In this document: piece after piece, positions 31,144 to 48,062 of the stretch | Layout of the letters: each line of letters begins with the position of its first letter | Numbering within the stretch: the stretch's first letter is position 1 | NCBI RefSeq assembly: GCF_009914755.1 | Contig: NC_060932.1 | Source: the human T2T-CHM13v2.0 reference genome, Homo sapiens | Strand: one strand, 5' to 3' | Length of the DNA stretch: 64,000 nucleotides | Position numbers and translations under genes: made by a program | The notes under the pieces: model-generated | Seen by the model: only the letters and a program-made list of their open reading frames with translations | Databases searched by the model: none | Told to the model about the DNA's origin: nothing

Positions 31144-31255
31144 AGTGTGGTGATGGTGGTCTTCAGTGAAGACAAAAACAGAGATGAACAGCTCAAATAC
31201 TGGAAATACTGGCACTCTCGGCAGCATACGGCGAAGCAGAGGGTCCTTGACATTG
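31144..31255 (+). CDS. GRHL2: GRHL2 coding exon 7, 112 nt, [37 protein letters not shown](A)
   Basis: Acceptor ctcccctctgcag|, donor TTG|gtaagt. Conserved Grainyhead motif WKYWHSRQH. Confidence 0.97.
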
Positions 31256-33899
31256 GTAAGTTGACCTTGACTTCCCTGTATAGTCCTCGATAAACTGACA
31301 TGTTGTCTCAATGCCAAGGGGAGCCTGGCGTAGTAATCACAGCTGGAGCCACAGAGCTCTTATGATGTGCCCGGCACTAGTCTATGTCAGGACATTTAGT
31401 GCAGATCAGACTGAGTAACCAAAATCAGGCTAAGCCGAGAGCAAAGTGTTTTCTATTCTATGAAAGTCAACTGTGTCTCATAAAATCATAGTCATATAGT
31501 TAGATTTGCAATGACCATTTCAATTCCTAAAACGTGTTTTCATGGCCTCCCCGTTTGAGCCTAGTAGGCAGTCAGCAGGTCAGATGAACTCTTATCCCTG
31601 TGACATAAATAAACTCAAGCTCGTGTGACCCTAAAGCCATTTGGCAAAGGTCATGTGACTACACATTAAGTTTCTAGTTCTCTGTCCAGTGTTCTTTCCA
31701 TTTCAACACATGCCTAGTGTAAGCAATGCTAGGTGGTCACGCGAGTGAACCATTTAAAGAAGGAGTGAATCTGCCAGGAGTCTGTGTACCCCTAAACTTG
31801 AGGTCCGTTCTGTAGAGACCAGCAGCCCCCTGGATGGCACATCACTCGGGGTCCAGTCTGGAAGGCAGCACTCATGCCCAATAATTCACTGGGCATGAAT
31901 TCATTGCCAAGGTTGGAAAGGCTGAAGGCACAATGAGACAATCCAGCTATTACCTGCAGGGCTGGAGAATCAAAGGGAGGAGGAGGTGGGTGTTGGAGGA
32001 GCCACCCAGCAGGAGCTGGGACCACAGAGAGAGCTGTTTTCCAATGGGAGATGAAAGCACAGCAGAATTGCTGCCAGAGACATTCTCAGTGCCAAGAGGG
32101 AGGAGAAGAACTGTCCTGGCTTCTCTCTGCCTCGTGATCTCCTGCCAGTGCCTCCCATTGGCAGAATTTAACTCGGAGTCAGAGGGCACATTACCGTGGA
32201 AAGTGCAGTTTGCAGAATCAACCTCTGAGATGCAGAGCAAAGTAGGGGAAGTCAGGGAATAGATCTTAAAGCTTCCAAAAATTACTTAAAAACAGACAGT
32301 AATGTATGTGTTTCCAAATAATTTTACCACTGTTTCCATAAGAAGTAAATCATTTCTCATTTGTAGACTTCATTACCCCATTTTGCTGACTAAGATGCTT
32401 CAGTCCAAATGAGTGTGGGCTAAGTGAAGGTTCCCATCCTGCTGGGTATGAAAAGGTATTACTGAGCCTTGCAAAGGACAATTACTTTGATTTCTTACAC
32501 ATTGCAATGAGGACTTTTCAGATCTTCCATTTCACCCTGGCTAGGACTTCTTGACCACACTGGCAGAGTTTAATGACTAGGATAGGGTGAGAGGCTCACT
32601 GTAGAAGACAATGAAACTAGTTACTGGTTTTTCTTGCAAAATAGTTAAGCCGCTCCTCACCTCCGCATCACACACATACACCTATTGTATTAACTAGTCA
32701 AACATATTTATCGAATAAACAAGGAAACTGAGGCCTAGGAAGTCTCACTGGCCCATATCACATGACTCCCCCTCAGATAATTAGTGCAAGAGCCGGGATA
32801 AGATCTGTGTTCCTGACCTGAGCTGATAAACTAAACCAAGACCTGGTGACTAGGACGGGGATTGGGGATACTTGCCTTAACCTGTTTAGTTAAATCTGCA
32901 TAGAGCAGAGGAACAATTTTATTTTATTTGAAAAGTTAGCCTTATAATTATTACCCAAGAAAATGAAAGGAGCAATTAAAGAGAAATATGGAGTAGGTCC
33001 AAATAAGGCAAATAATAAAAGCATTTTACTGGCATACCTGTTGATCCAACTTTGATATTGTTACAGGGTTTACTTTTCTGAGACTAGAATGATTTCTCAG
33101 ATCTTGTAAAACTTCAGATCTTCTTATCTTCTTTATCATCTCTTGCCTGCCTTCAGACTTTTCTTTCTGTATACACATGTGTCCCCATAGGCACACACAT
33201 GCTTTATCTCTGAGATTTGTGACCTTTACTAAGTAGCTTCATGGGTAGCTGGGCTACTTGCTTCCAACCTGAGAACAAGGCATTAAATCCATCAGTTAGC
33301 TTCAATGAGACATGAATTTTCTGAGCACAGTCTCTACCCCAATCTCAACCTGACATCTGCTCACATAGAGAGAGAAAATATGCAAAAATCTCATACAATT
33401 CATTCTTCTGCTAGATTAAAAAAATCAAATCATGCATTTCTCTGCCAGTGGGTTGTAAACACTATTTCCCACATAAAGGAGCACCGATGGTGTCCTGGCA
33501 CATATGTCTGCCTGTTGCACCGTCATCTGCTTTAACTCTGGAGTGTGATATTGAGAAGGTTTCTGAGGTCACTCTTTGTCTCCACTAGGACTATCATGGA
33601 GGGTTATCAGTGCCTGCAGAGGGTGAAGGAAGGCAGAGAGTGCGTGGGCCGTACATTTGCTAGTTTTGGTTAGGAACATTCTAATGGCCTAAAAAATAAA
33701 AAAGTATCCTGAATTATTTAATGCATTTCTTTTTTGAAACCCCCGTGAAACTGGAGGTTAAACTCAGGGCTCAAAAGTCTCAATTCCCAAATCTCCACCA
33801 GCATCTATGATCTGCAGGTTCAACCAAGTCAGCCAGGCAGTGACCCTGAGGCTGGAGTTAGAGACCGAGATGAGGGCCCCTTAGCTAAAGCAAGGGTTC

Positions 33900-34732
<833 letters not shown>

Positions 34733-35691
34733 CCACCATTTTTTAAAAAACAATTATTCGAAGCCCTCTCTCCACCATATACTGCCTTTGTATTCCAGCC
34801 TCTAGCCAGTTCTTGGCACCCACCAGGTCCTGTCTACATGGAGAGAGACTGGTTCACAGACATCCTGATTCTTTGGTCTGTGCCTTTCTCTCCAGACATG
34901 GAGGACGTTTTGCAGTCTGAGTGGTGGACTTCTTGGCTGCTGCTAGTTCTGACATTGGTGGAAGCCAGTTTGATATGCGGTTCTTGTACATTGGGTCGTA
35001 AACTGTTTGGCAGGAGTTGGGGGCAGGGGAAGAAAACATTAGCAATGAGCTCTAACTTGAGGTAAGTAAACCAAACAAACCCAGGCCCAAGTAGATTCTG
35101 CTGCTTTTCAAAACACATAAGCAAAGTTCTCTGAGTCTCACAAGTTCACTCTTGTGAGCTCCTTGAATAACAACAATTATTCAAGGTCATAAATAAGTTT
35201 ACATTCTGCAGTCCCAGGAGCATTCCTATGTCGGTTATACCTCTTGCGTGGAATCTCTGCTTAAATTAAATTTGTCATTTGATTTTCTCTGAGTGAGAAA
35301 GCCCCTTTAAAAGAAGACTTGGAGTTAGTGATGGCCCCATATTAGTTAGTTAACACCGGTTTGAGGAAAAGCACAGTTATTCCACATTCGTTCTGCAAAA
35401 GTTTACTGAACACCTACTATGTGCCAGACCCTTTGTTAGGCACTGGCAATACAAATGTAATTAAGGCAGAGCCCTGTACTCAAACTGCTCAAGACTAGGG
35501 GCAAGAAGATGACTAGCTAAGATATCACGTGGTAAGTGGCAGCATAGAAGAGCGCTTCCCAGAGAAGTTTCTGAGACTCATCTGAAAGGATAACTAGGGC
35601 ATGTGAGGTCAAAAAGGTAGGAAGGGTGCTGCAAGTTGTGCAATAGCACATTCATAGATACAGTAATCAAGACAAAAAAAGTGGGACTGAA

Positions 35692-35987
35692 GCTGGGCGC
35701 AGTGGCTCACGCCTCTAATCTTAGCACTTTGGGAGGCCGTGGCAGGCAGATCACTTGAAGCAGAAAGTTCCAGACCAGCCTGGCCAACATGGTGAAACCC
35801 CATCTCTACTAAAAATATAAAAATTAGCCGGACGTGGTGGCGGGCACCTACAATTCCAGCTACCTGGGAGACTGAGGCAGGAGAATCCCTTGAACCCAGG
35901 AGGTGGAGGTTTCAGTGAGCCAAGATCACACCACTGCACTCCACCCTGAGCAACAGAGCAAGACTCCGTCTCAAAAAAAAAAAAAAA
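35692..35987 (+). mobile_element. AluS
   Basis: Alu consensus in forward orientation. TSD ...TGGGACTGA. Confidence 0.92.
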
Positions 35988-38515
35988 ATGGGACTGACAA
36001 ATTATTTAATAAAGTCTGATAACACTATTAGCCAAGGTGGAAGGGGTGGATACTCTCATGCACGCTAGTGAGAGTGCTAGTTGATTTGTTGATTTGACCC
36101 ATGCAGAGAGTAGGGTTAAGGAAGGAAGTCCTCAGTACATGGGGCTGTGGAAAGGCTTGTATTTTTTAAGGGCATCTTAGAATGGCAGGGAGATGAAGCA
36201 TAGATGGAATTTTCTGGTCTCAAACTCTAAAAGAAACCCTGATTAAGCTGTTTCTATGTGTCACAGGCTGAAGCCTTGGGTCCCCAATGGAGGCTGACTG
36301 AGCCCAGGAAGGATTCTAGGGGTCCACAGACCCAGAAGGCTCTGAGTGTTAGAGGTTCATTGATTCTTGACACCTCAGTCCTGGTGGCAAACCTCAGAGC
36401 TGCAGGTAGAATGTTAGGGAAATGCTATTTGAGTTCCTCTGCGACCACCCACCTCAGCGTCTTTGCAGAGGAACGTCACTAAGCCAGAAGTGGAGCTCAG
36501 AGTTTCTTGCTCTTTGTTGCTTTAACAGTATCTTGGCTCCACAAAGTCTTGTTTTACAGTTTTATTGGGGAGATATTCAAGTGTGTGTGTGTATGTGTGT
36601 GTATTTATACTTTTTTATACTGAGGTTTAACATGAATATCTTGTTTAGCCATGTTTTTCTGTTGTTGAATGAAGCAGATTTTAGAGATCCAAGATGTGTA
36701 AGAGAGGGTAATAATAGAAATTGTACCTGCAAATTGCCATTCATCCAAGTGGCTGTGTTACATTTGCTCATCAGTCCTCCCAGAACTTTAATAAGGACAG
36801 ACAGTGGAGAATGTGCGGAAGTAATAGTCAAATAGAATACTGTGACAAAATGAACTTTCTCTTGAATGAGTTGCAGTGCTTGATGTTGGAGGCTTTAGAT
36901 AACCACTGGGGATTTTTGGCAGGTTTGTAATGGGATATCTGTATTTCAGGGAGGTAATTCTGAGCCAGCATGTGGGATGGATGCAGTGAGGGATGGACTG
37001 GCAATGGAAAACCAGCAATAGCCAGGTGAAAGACTGGGATTGAAGGCATGAATTGCAAAGGAGAAATACAAAGTTAACCCAGGAGTGAGAGACAGACTGT
37101 CAAGCTGATAGAGCCTTGATGACTGATTGGCTGTGGGGGATACAGGGGAACAAAAGGATCATGAAGAAAAGCACAGCTTTGCTAACTGGTTGGATGCCCT
37201 CCCCAGAGGCAGGTGAGACAGAAGGAGCAGCAAGGCCAAGTGTTGAGGGAGTGGAGGTTGGCCAGGTACTGAGTTCAGCCAGGGGCATGTTGATTTTGAG
37301 GCACCGTCTACACATAGAACAGGCTGGGAGTTTCCCAGGACTTATTTGCACAGTGGAGTTATCCAGTTTTGCACAGTGTGTGAGCCATTTAAAAAATATT
37401 TAAAATGGATCACAAATAAAAAAAGTTAACTAGACTAGATATCAGTCCAAATCTCCTCAAATAGTGGATAATTCCAAAACCACGTTCTCGGGAAGGCATA
37501 TTTTTCTATTTGTTACCTTTCAAACAGGGAAGGAAAATTAGAAGAGGTTCAACAACCAACATTAACTTCATAGAGTGAAAGCCAGAAGCTACAACAGTTA
37601 ATTGGTAGCACACTCATATATAACTTCTCCCTACAGAAGAGAACTAAGAATTCCTTTACTACTTTCTGGTGCAGATGTTCCAAAATAATGCACATAACAG
37701 CTCTTGTGCTTTCAGAACGGGCAGTACAGGTTGTGATGTAGTGAGCCTGATTCCACAAACACATCCAAATAAACATCATTATAGTCACATCCAGTGTAAG
37801 CATTATTGACACAAGGTTGTAGTTAATTGTGAAATAAACTGTATGCTCTTTATTCAATCTCTGTCTTCAATGTTGGTTCACAGTAATCTTTCCTGTATCA
37901 GGATTTATTAGTTACATTATTAATATTAATCCTGTAGATTTCCATGGTAATTAGCAGGCAATTATAGTACAATTTCAGTTATTAGCATATGATTATAGGA
38001 TTTTTGTCTGTGTCCTAATAGAAATCTATTTCTTAAGAGTCAATGTTTAAATTGTGCTCTGCTGAAAGTAGTTTTATATTAAAGTCACACTTTTTTGAAA
38101 ACTTAAGTTTTCAAAATGAAATCAAAGCATTTCTTCACGTTTGATTCTCCATAGTTCTCTTTGAGGGCAAAGGAAGCCTCTTAAGAGACTCTTGATCACA
38201 GACTTTAGTTGACCTCTGTGGATGATTCAGCATGGCTATCCTGTTAAGGTCTAGAAGCTCTTTTTAATCTGGAGTCATGCTCCACTTTCAAACAAGAATC
38301 ATAATTAAACAGTTTATTTAAACTGTTAAAAAAAAAGAGTTTTTTTTATTTGAGTTTTTTAGAGGAAGCTGGCTTTGGATGAGCCCTACAAGCATGCTTT
38401 CTCAGTTTTTATAGCCAGTCCTGGGCTGGGCTACTCTGAGAGCTATGCAGAAAAGTGGGAGGGTGGAGATTTAAGGTGGTGTGTAGGAAGAGGTGACGTC
38501 CACATGTTGGGAAGT

Positions 38516-38843
38516 CAGGTAGCCAGGTGGCTAGGTGGTCAGGTGGCTAGGTGGTCAGGTGGCTAGCTGCTCAGGTGGCTAGGTGGTCAAATGGCCAGGT
38601 GGTCAGGTGGCTAGGTGGTCAGATGGTCAGGTGGTCAAGTGGCCAGGTAGCTAGGTGACCAGGTAGCCAAGTGGTCAGGTAGTCAGGTGGTCAGTTGGCC
38701 AGGTAGCCAAGTGGTCAGGTAGTCAGGTAGCCAGGTGATCAGGTAGCCAGGTGGTCAGGTGGCTAGCTGGCCAGGTAGCTAGGTGGTCAGGCAGCCAGGT
38801 GGTCAGGTAGCCAAGTGGCCAGGTGGCCAGGTGATCACGTAGT
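38516..38843. repeat. Tandem array of 41 x 8 bp, consensus YAGGTRGY
   Basis: Parsed unit by unit with no indels: 14 CAGGTG, 10 CAGGTA and 7 other CANNTG units. Confidence 0.95.
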
Positions 38844-39799
38844 GTGAATTTGTGGCCCAAACAGGCCTGGGAGACAAGAGCACCAGCAACTCCCCACTTT
38901 CTTCAGCAGGGCTTCCCACCATCCCACCTAGTTTAGTTCTCTGGTTCTCTGGAGGGCTGTCCTTTTCCCCAAATTATACAGATTTGCTCTCTCCCTACAG
39001 TCTGGAAAATGTAGGTCTTCCCTCCTTTAAAAATAACTCAAGTAAATAGGATTTCATTTTTTGATGTTTTTCTAGGCTGTTTCCATACTTCTGAATAGAT
39101 ATGAAAAATAAATTTGATTACAAACCAAACCAAACCTCTTGAGAGCTCCCAAATTAAAAAAACAAAATCCAAGGGCTGGTGAGAATTAAGGCTGTAGTTG
39201 GAGCTCAGTCAGAAGAGCGAGCTCCATCCCCACGTCCTCCATAGGACCAGATGAGAGGGGAACTCTGGGGTGTGGGCCAGCAACAGCCTCACTTGCAGCT
39301 CCAGATCCTTCCTCTGTTGCATCCGCCCTTGCTGTTATCACGAGTTCATGTGCAGTGTAAGACATGCTCTGTTTTCTAGAGACGTGCTAAAGCTGCAGTT
39401 ATGGAAAACTCCTTTTCATCTCAACCTTGATTAGAAACAGTTATGTGATAAAAGTACGGTAGGCTGTGAAGGTTAATTAACTTAAAACACTGTAAATGCA
39501 AGTGTTCTCTAAAGTTTAATATTTGTTTAGGCAGAAAATAATTTTCAATCATAATTGAGCCACTGTGGGTTTTCAGTTACTGGATACCTGTCTCAGGATG
39601 AATCCTGGAAACTCATTCTGTTGAGGCTAGTATCTCGGGAAAATCCCTTCCGCTGTGTGTGTGATGGGGGTGGTCCTCGGGCTCCCTCTGGTTCCCTCCA
39701 GGGAAGGGTCAGGATTCTATCCCCAGCTCCAGTCCCTGATCCCTGCAGACTCTCTTTCAAGCTATTGCTGGGCCCTCTTCTTTCCTTCCACCTCATGTT

Positions 39800-40076
<277 letters not shown>

Positions 40077-43000
40077 TAAAATGACAGATATCTTTTCACC
40101 CTTCACTATTTTTTCCTACTTACTTCCAACCTCTTGTTTGACCCATCTCTGGGGTTCTCCTTGCCTAGAATGGCCCTCTCTCGCTTCTTCACCTGGAAGA
40201 CATCTCACACCTTGAGACCTTGTTCCCTGTCCCCACTTGGGTAAGATCTTCTTAATCTTCCCAGGTAGAGTCCACTGTTCCCTCTGCAGGCTTTGGTTTA
40301 GATCTAAACAATAGCACTTGGCAGTGTTTCACTTGGTTTATTCATTCATTCATTTATTCATCCTACTAGACGCTGAACTTTTTGAATGAAGAGAGGATTT
40401 TTTTAACCTTGAATCTTTGTATGCTTAGCAGCTGGTACAGAACCTGGCAGAGAACAGATGCTCAACCGATGTTGCATAATCGATGAGCACACTGCCATGT
40501 GTGGTTTTGTGCGTTTAGGTGACAGTGACAGTAAGCAGGCCTGTGCCTGGTTCACTGAGAAATCTGACTGGGGTTGGACTCTCCTCTTTCATGCTGAAAG
40601 AATCATTTCTGGTAGTATTTTTCTGATACTAGAAGACTAAATATGCCTTTAGTACTTCCATTTCTTATATTTAAATATATTTTATTGTACTATAAACATT
40701 TTGATATAACTTAAATACCTCTGAGACTTAATTGCTAGCCTACAAACATAATATATATACTCATAAACAAAGGTAAATGTCTCCTTTTAAACTTAACTAG
40801 AAATTATTTCTGTTTTCCTGAAACAGACGTGGAAAATTGTTGAAGGGCAAATTTTTTAAAACAAGTAGGTAGATGTGGAATTAAAACTTACAACGAATGT
40901 GTCCCTTCATCATTTTCCTTCACTGCTCCTCGGAACTCAGTTTATCTGGTTCCAGCACATTATTGTTTAATAAGCCTTTTCTGATATTTCTCCTACTCCT
41001 GGAAATGTTAAAGCCATGAGCAGTTAACCAGAAGGAATGTTACAGAGAAGATAAAAGCAGACGATGGATGCTTGAAGAGACCTCTGAGAGTCTGTTTTAA
41101 TGACAGGGTAAAGCTGTCCTATAGAGATACTGGTTTAGATGATGAGATTTCAAAATCAAAACACACACACATACTCACACGCACAGATAACTGAAACCAC
41201 TGATAGACCTGCTGTGTTTAGTGCTATACAATGCTATATTTCCTATCTGTCATTTTTTTAAATACACATTTACTGGACATTGAGTTGTTTTTCCCCTAAC
41301 CGGTGGGACTTTTGTTATATCCATAGCTATAACATCATTCTTTCATCTCCAATGTGGAATTTATACTTTTATTTGATTTCATGTTTTCTGTTTGGGACCT
41401 CATTATTTTCTTTTTCAGATGTGCATTTAAGGAAACTTCAGGCACTCTCATAGTATTATAGTTTTTAATATTATTGGATTGGCTTAAAAATGACCAAAAA
41501 AAAACCTAGAGATACAATTAGATAGTTCATGAAATCATATGTTTCATGAACAAAACTATAGAGCCGGTCTATTCAGCCACCCTCTAGCATTTGCTAGAAG
41601 TTTCTCTCCCTGTGGCCTTCAATAGAAACAAATGTATGTCTTTGTAACATCCACAAGAGTGAAATTAGGCAAATTTAAAGTTTTTCTTCCTTGTTTACAA
41701 AACCTAAAACTTGCCAAGTTTTTTCAAAATTAAATTAAACTCTTTGAGGTTGTAGAAGCCAAAATAAGGTAAAGCTAATCTGAAGAAAACTCTTTGAACA
41801 GGCTTCAGGAATGTGGACCACCACTAGTTTCTCTGCTTTTGGAAAGACATGTGTTGAAATAATTGAGTGCTTAATAAATGAGAGTCTCGTCATTGTTTAA
41901 CAATCCTGTGCCATAGGTGCTGTAGTGTCTCCATTTCACAGATAAGGCAGCCAGCTTAATGAGGTCATGTAGTTCTCCAAAGGTTGCTGTGGACTCAAGT
42001 CCACTCACACATACAGTCTGGGGTCAGCATTAGAACAGTAAACTGTAACGGCAACAGCAGTTTCCCTCCCTAAGAGAACTCAAAATCCTATTTTGACATA
42101 ATATCAAAATCCTCTAATAATTTCAGAATTGATGAAAAATAAGTAAAAGTACACAGGACTAGCAACATGAGTCATTCAAGTAGCAGTTAATGCAAAAATC
42201 ATTCCTGCAACAAACTAGAATAGTGCATGAGCCACTTCCCAGTGGCTCCCCACCCCCTTAACACAGGTAAGAGGTTTACCTTCCTACGTCACTTAACTCA
42301 TTCTGTGTATGTGATTTGGGCAGCCAGGGGTAAGTGGGAAGCTTGAAAATGAACATTTATCTTACTGTATTTTGAGTTGCTTAAGTAATTGGGCTTGTAG
42401 TTCAAATTTAGTGAAAGATAATCCACTTGAAGATTTATAGTCTTTCTTCTGCACTGCCAATTACCAAAAAGTTATTTCTAGTGTTTGAATCTATTCAGTC
42501 TGCAACTCTGAAGTACAACTATAAGTGTTTGAAAATTATTTCTCACACTGAGGGTTGTTAGACACTAGAATGAGGCTGTGGAATCTTATAGAACAGACAT
42601 TCTTGAGTCTCTTGCCAATAATATAAAATACCACCACTTCAGAAACAGTTCAGTTTCCTTTTATAAATTATAGTCGGTTTAACCAAGTGTTATAGTTTCT
42701 GGATATGTCATCTGGGGTGGGAAAAGATTAGGGAGCTTTGTGGTAGAAGGGGCCCTGTTTGTCGGGGTGATTACTGCTGATTAACCACTTTGGGCAGTAA
42801 CTTCTAATCCTACGTGCCTATAACTTCTTGTCTCCACATGTACTCCCAAGAGTGTCAGTATATTAGACAACAGCATGAAGAATGGAAAACTGGCATATGC
42901 TTGAGTAGTTCATGCAGTGTTTTAAGCATGTTACTTACCAAAGCACAGTTTGCATTTTCATTCATTCAGAAAACTGTCAGAAACTGCCAGGTACTTTTGT

Positions 43001-45808
43001 GTGATTTACAAATTAAATTTGTGGACAGAGACAAAATGGTTATAGTTAAAATCTCCCTGAGCCACATGGACTAATGAAATGAGTTGAATGTTAAGCCTGT
43101 CTGAGTTACTAAATCTGGAGCTATGTGCTGTGGTGCAAGCACGGGCACGCGTGCATGTGTGTTTATGTGTGTCTATGTACAGGATATGACCTATTGTCAG
43201 TTTGAAATCAAGTTTGTTAGTCAAGACCAACATTCTTAAAAAATGAAATCAGACAGAATAAAAAATACTAGCATACACAGAACATAGTAATAGGTTACAA
43301 TGTCAAATGTTCATACTCTGTGCTTATGGTCAGTACAACTTGAAAGCTGTAACATTGTCTATATAATTCCTTCTCCACAAACAGGAGGGTGAATCAAGCA
43401 CATGTAAAATATTAGATGTAGCCTAAAGAGAAAGTTCTAAGAAACACAAATGGTATCTGTGAGGGTATTATACTAAGCCATGGAGAGTAAATAGTAATAA
43501 TATTACTAATAATTATGCCTTTAATGATATATTAATAGACGGGTCACTCTATGCTGGTCACATATGTTTTCATAATTTCAGTTGTTATTGTCCTGGATTA
43601 TGTATGGAAAGGTGCTCATCTGGCTGTGTAGCAGAGGAGTCAAAGGCCTCTGGCATGTATGTAGATGAATTTCGTAAGTTCTAATCCCAGCCTGGCCCGT
43701 TACAAACTGACTGTGGGGGATGGGAGAGTACTTACATGCTTGCCTGTTTCCTATTCTATGAGGTGGGAATAATAATAATAAAAAGATACCAAGAAAAACT
43801 GTCTGAGGTAATACTTGTGAAGTATGTATGTTTAGCACAGGGCTCTCAAAAAATGGTGGCCATTATTATTATTTGCTCATGGACCAGTATTTCAATGATG
43901 GAAATACTTTAGTGCCTCTAAAAATCAGCTCTAGTGTTAACACACTTAAGGAAACCCAGTCAGGTCACCTCTGACTCTGTAAAGCATTATAAAGAAAATA
44001 ATGAACTCATAAGTGAGTTCTTGTGAGTCATTCAGGTTTTAAGAAGCCACTGCTTTGATTTTGAAAACAGACAAAAAAATCTCAGAATCTACTTGGACTA
44101 GGGTTCATTTATTCTGCCTGTTTCAAGTCAGAGCAAATACTCCTGGAATGACCCTCTCCTGTTTCCTGAGTTTGAGCCGATCCTATTTGGCACTGCAGAC
44201 AGGGAGAAGTGGATGTTTGAGGACAGATGGGAGGTGCAAAGTGGAGACAAGTATTGGTCCCACCTTCCACTATGAGACTAGCAGGGCCCAGTTCTCTTAG
44301 CTATTGTCTCTATTTTGTAGATTAGGAAATTTCAAGTTTAGAGAAGTTGAGTTAACTCACCGAAGGTCTCGGGGCTTGGTGGGAAGAGGGACGGAAAATT
44401 AAATTCAGGTCTGTGTGTCTCCACCACCATGTTCCTTCTCTTTATACCTTGATTGCCACCCTTAGAATTCTAAGCACCACGGCCCCAAATATATAAACTA
44501 TGTCGAGCTCTCAGCTTTTGTTAAAAGCATCTTATTAGGCCATGGTGTATGTACCTTGAGTCGGCATTTGTGCCCAGAGCCATTTTCAGCATTCCAGCTT
44601 CATTATTTCACTAGTCCAGACAGAATCCGCACCTTTCAGAAGAGAAGCAATCTTTATATTAATTATGCCACTCCTTTTAATCTCCAAAAATATATACAAA
44701 AATAATTAAAAGGGGTAGTTATAATTTACCAAGCGTGTGAAGCTCAATTAAGGTGGAGGAATTAACACTGCCTTTGACGGGATTTCCAGAATCACACTTG
44801 CCCCTACAATCCATTTGAAGAAAGCTCAGCCTACAGAAGTCTGAATTTAAAAACCTATTAACAGGCCAGTGATTATATGCAAAAGATAAAAAATAAAAAA
44901 ATAACAAAAGGATTCACCATAACAATTCAAATAGAATTGGATCCTATAATTTCTGTGCCAAATATAGCTTGCCAGAAACACAAACACAAAGCATTGCACT
45001 TTCACACATCCTCAGCAGCCCTTTGCAGAAGCACTGCAACGTTTATCATCATTTCCCCAACACTGACACCTCTTGTTTTCTTAGAAAGGCTAACTTTGGA
45101 ATTTTTCTTTCGATCTTCACAGTGCTTGCAGTATGTGGAGATATTTTCTTGTTTGTCTCCTCTCTACTGAAGCACCCCAACCTTGTCCTTCTTGTCAAGG
45201 AATTTGCAATGATCCCAAAATGTCCAGTCTCTTTGCCTCATCAAGCTTACATTCCTTCAGTGCTTCCCAAGAAACTAGTAGCCATTGTAGGACATACTAT
45301 GATCCCAATATCTGCTGACAATGTGTTGTTGAATTTGCAAGACAAATATGGGCAGTGGTTAAAAGTGTGGCTTTTTGCATCAAGCAGACCCGGATTCAAA
45401 TCACAGGTTGGCTTGTTACCAGCTATGTGATTTTCCACAAACAGCTGAACTTCGCTGTGGGAGGAAGATGCTGATTCCTGCTTCATAGAGTGGTTGCCAG
45501 GATTAGCAGAGGTGATAAAGGCTTCACATAGGCTTGGCATGAGCTTGTAAGTTCTCTGTTTGTGGCAGTTATTATCCTAAGGGCATTTGCATTTTAATGC
45601 CAGGAGATGACAATGTCTTTATCCAAAGGATAGAGTGTTTCAGGATGAGCTTCCAGGCATAAGAATAAGTAGACATCCTGGAGCAGGTGGTGCTTGAATC
45701 TTACTGTGCAGGTAACTGCCTGTCCTCCCATATTGGTATTTAGTCCTCCTAAGAAGGGAAATCTGAGAAACGAAGGGGAACTGTCACATGGACTTCATTG
45801 ACAGTTGA

Positions 45809-46161
<353 letters not shown>

Positions 46162-46267
46162 TAGCACTTTCTAATACTGTGTGGAGTGAACCAAAGGCAC
46201 CAAAATAATCCAATAATGAAGTTGTTCCTTTTAATTATTTTGGCATTTCCATTTGCCATCGAACAAT

Positions 46268-46445
46268 ATTAAGTGTGGTCCCCAGACCAGCCACATCAGC
46301 TCTACCTGAGACCTTGCTAGAAATGCAAATTCTTGGCCACATTCTAGACCTATGGAATCGGAATCTCTGAGAGTGGACAGAGAATCTGCATTTTACCAAA
46401 GCCCTCCAGGTGATTCTGGTGCACTGCAACATTCGAGAAGCACCG
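46268..46445. mobile_element. MER5A hAT MITE
   Basis: aagtgtggtcccc...cttgctagaaatgcaaattct...ccaggtgattctggtgcac. Confidence 0.78.
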
Positions 46446-46647
46446 TTATAGAATCCCTCAAGCCTGTAAGCCATGGGAATTTGGAAACACTTGTTCTGCT
46501 TTGGGAGGATCCTAGCAGACCCCAGAGAATTTCCATGTGTTCCCATACACTTCACTCTGAGATTCCAAGGACACACACAGACTTAGAGAGGACCTTGAAC
46601 ATTTTGGCTATATCTCTGGCAGCACATGACATTAACAATGAGATTAA

Positions 46648-46998
<351 letters not shown>

Positions 46999-47354
46999 TG
47001 GCATAATTTTTTTAAACCTGTTTCAGCCAATAATAATATTGTTGCATCATGCCTGTTTTGGGAAATATTAAGCCATTTTCCTATTTGTTCACTCATCCTC
47101 GCCAGGTAGATGTTAGTATTGTGTTTACAAACTAGTATTTAAAATATGTAGTTTTTATGTTGCCTTGTCACTTTTTTTAGGGGAAAAAAGTCCATTTGAA
47201 ATTCAATATGTTCACAAAGATGTATTTTATAATTGTGTTTTATAATTCGTTTAAAGCGGGGTGATTATTTTTCAGCTATGGTAACTATCATTGCAAAAAG
47301 AAGCCATTCACTCAGATCACATGAGTTCTAATCACAGGAAGGAATCCCAGACGT

Positions 47355-48062
<708 letters not shown>

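Noticed and set aside
38516-38843. Tandem array as a CRISPR array or coding repeat
   Set aside because: Contiguous 8-bp units with no unique spacers, no cas genes, a human intronic context and frequent TAG stops.
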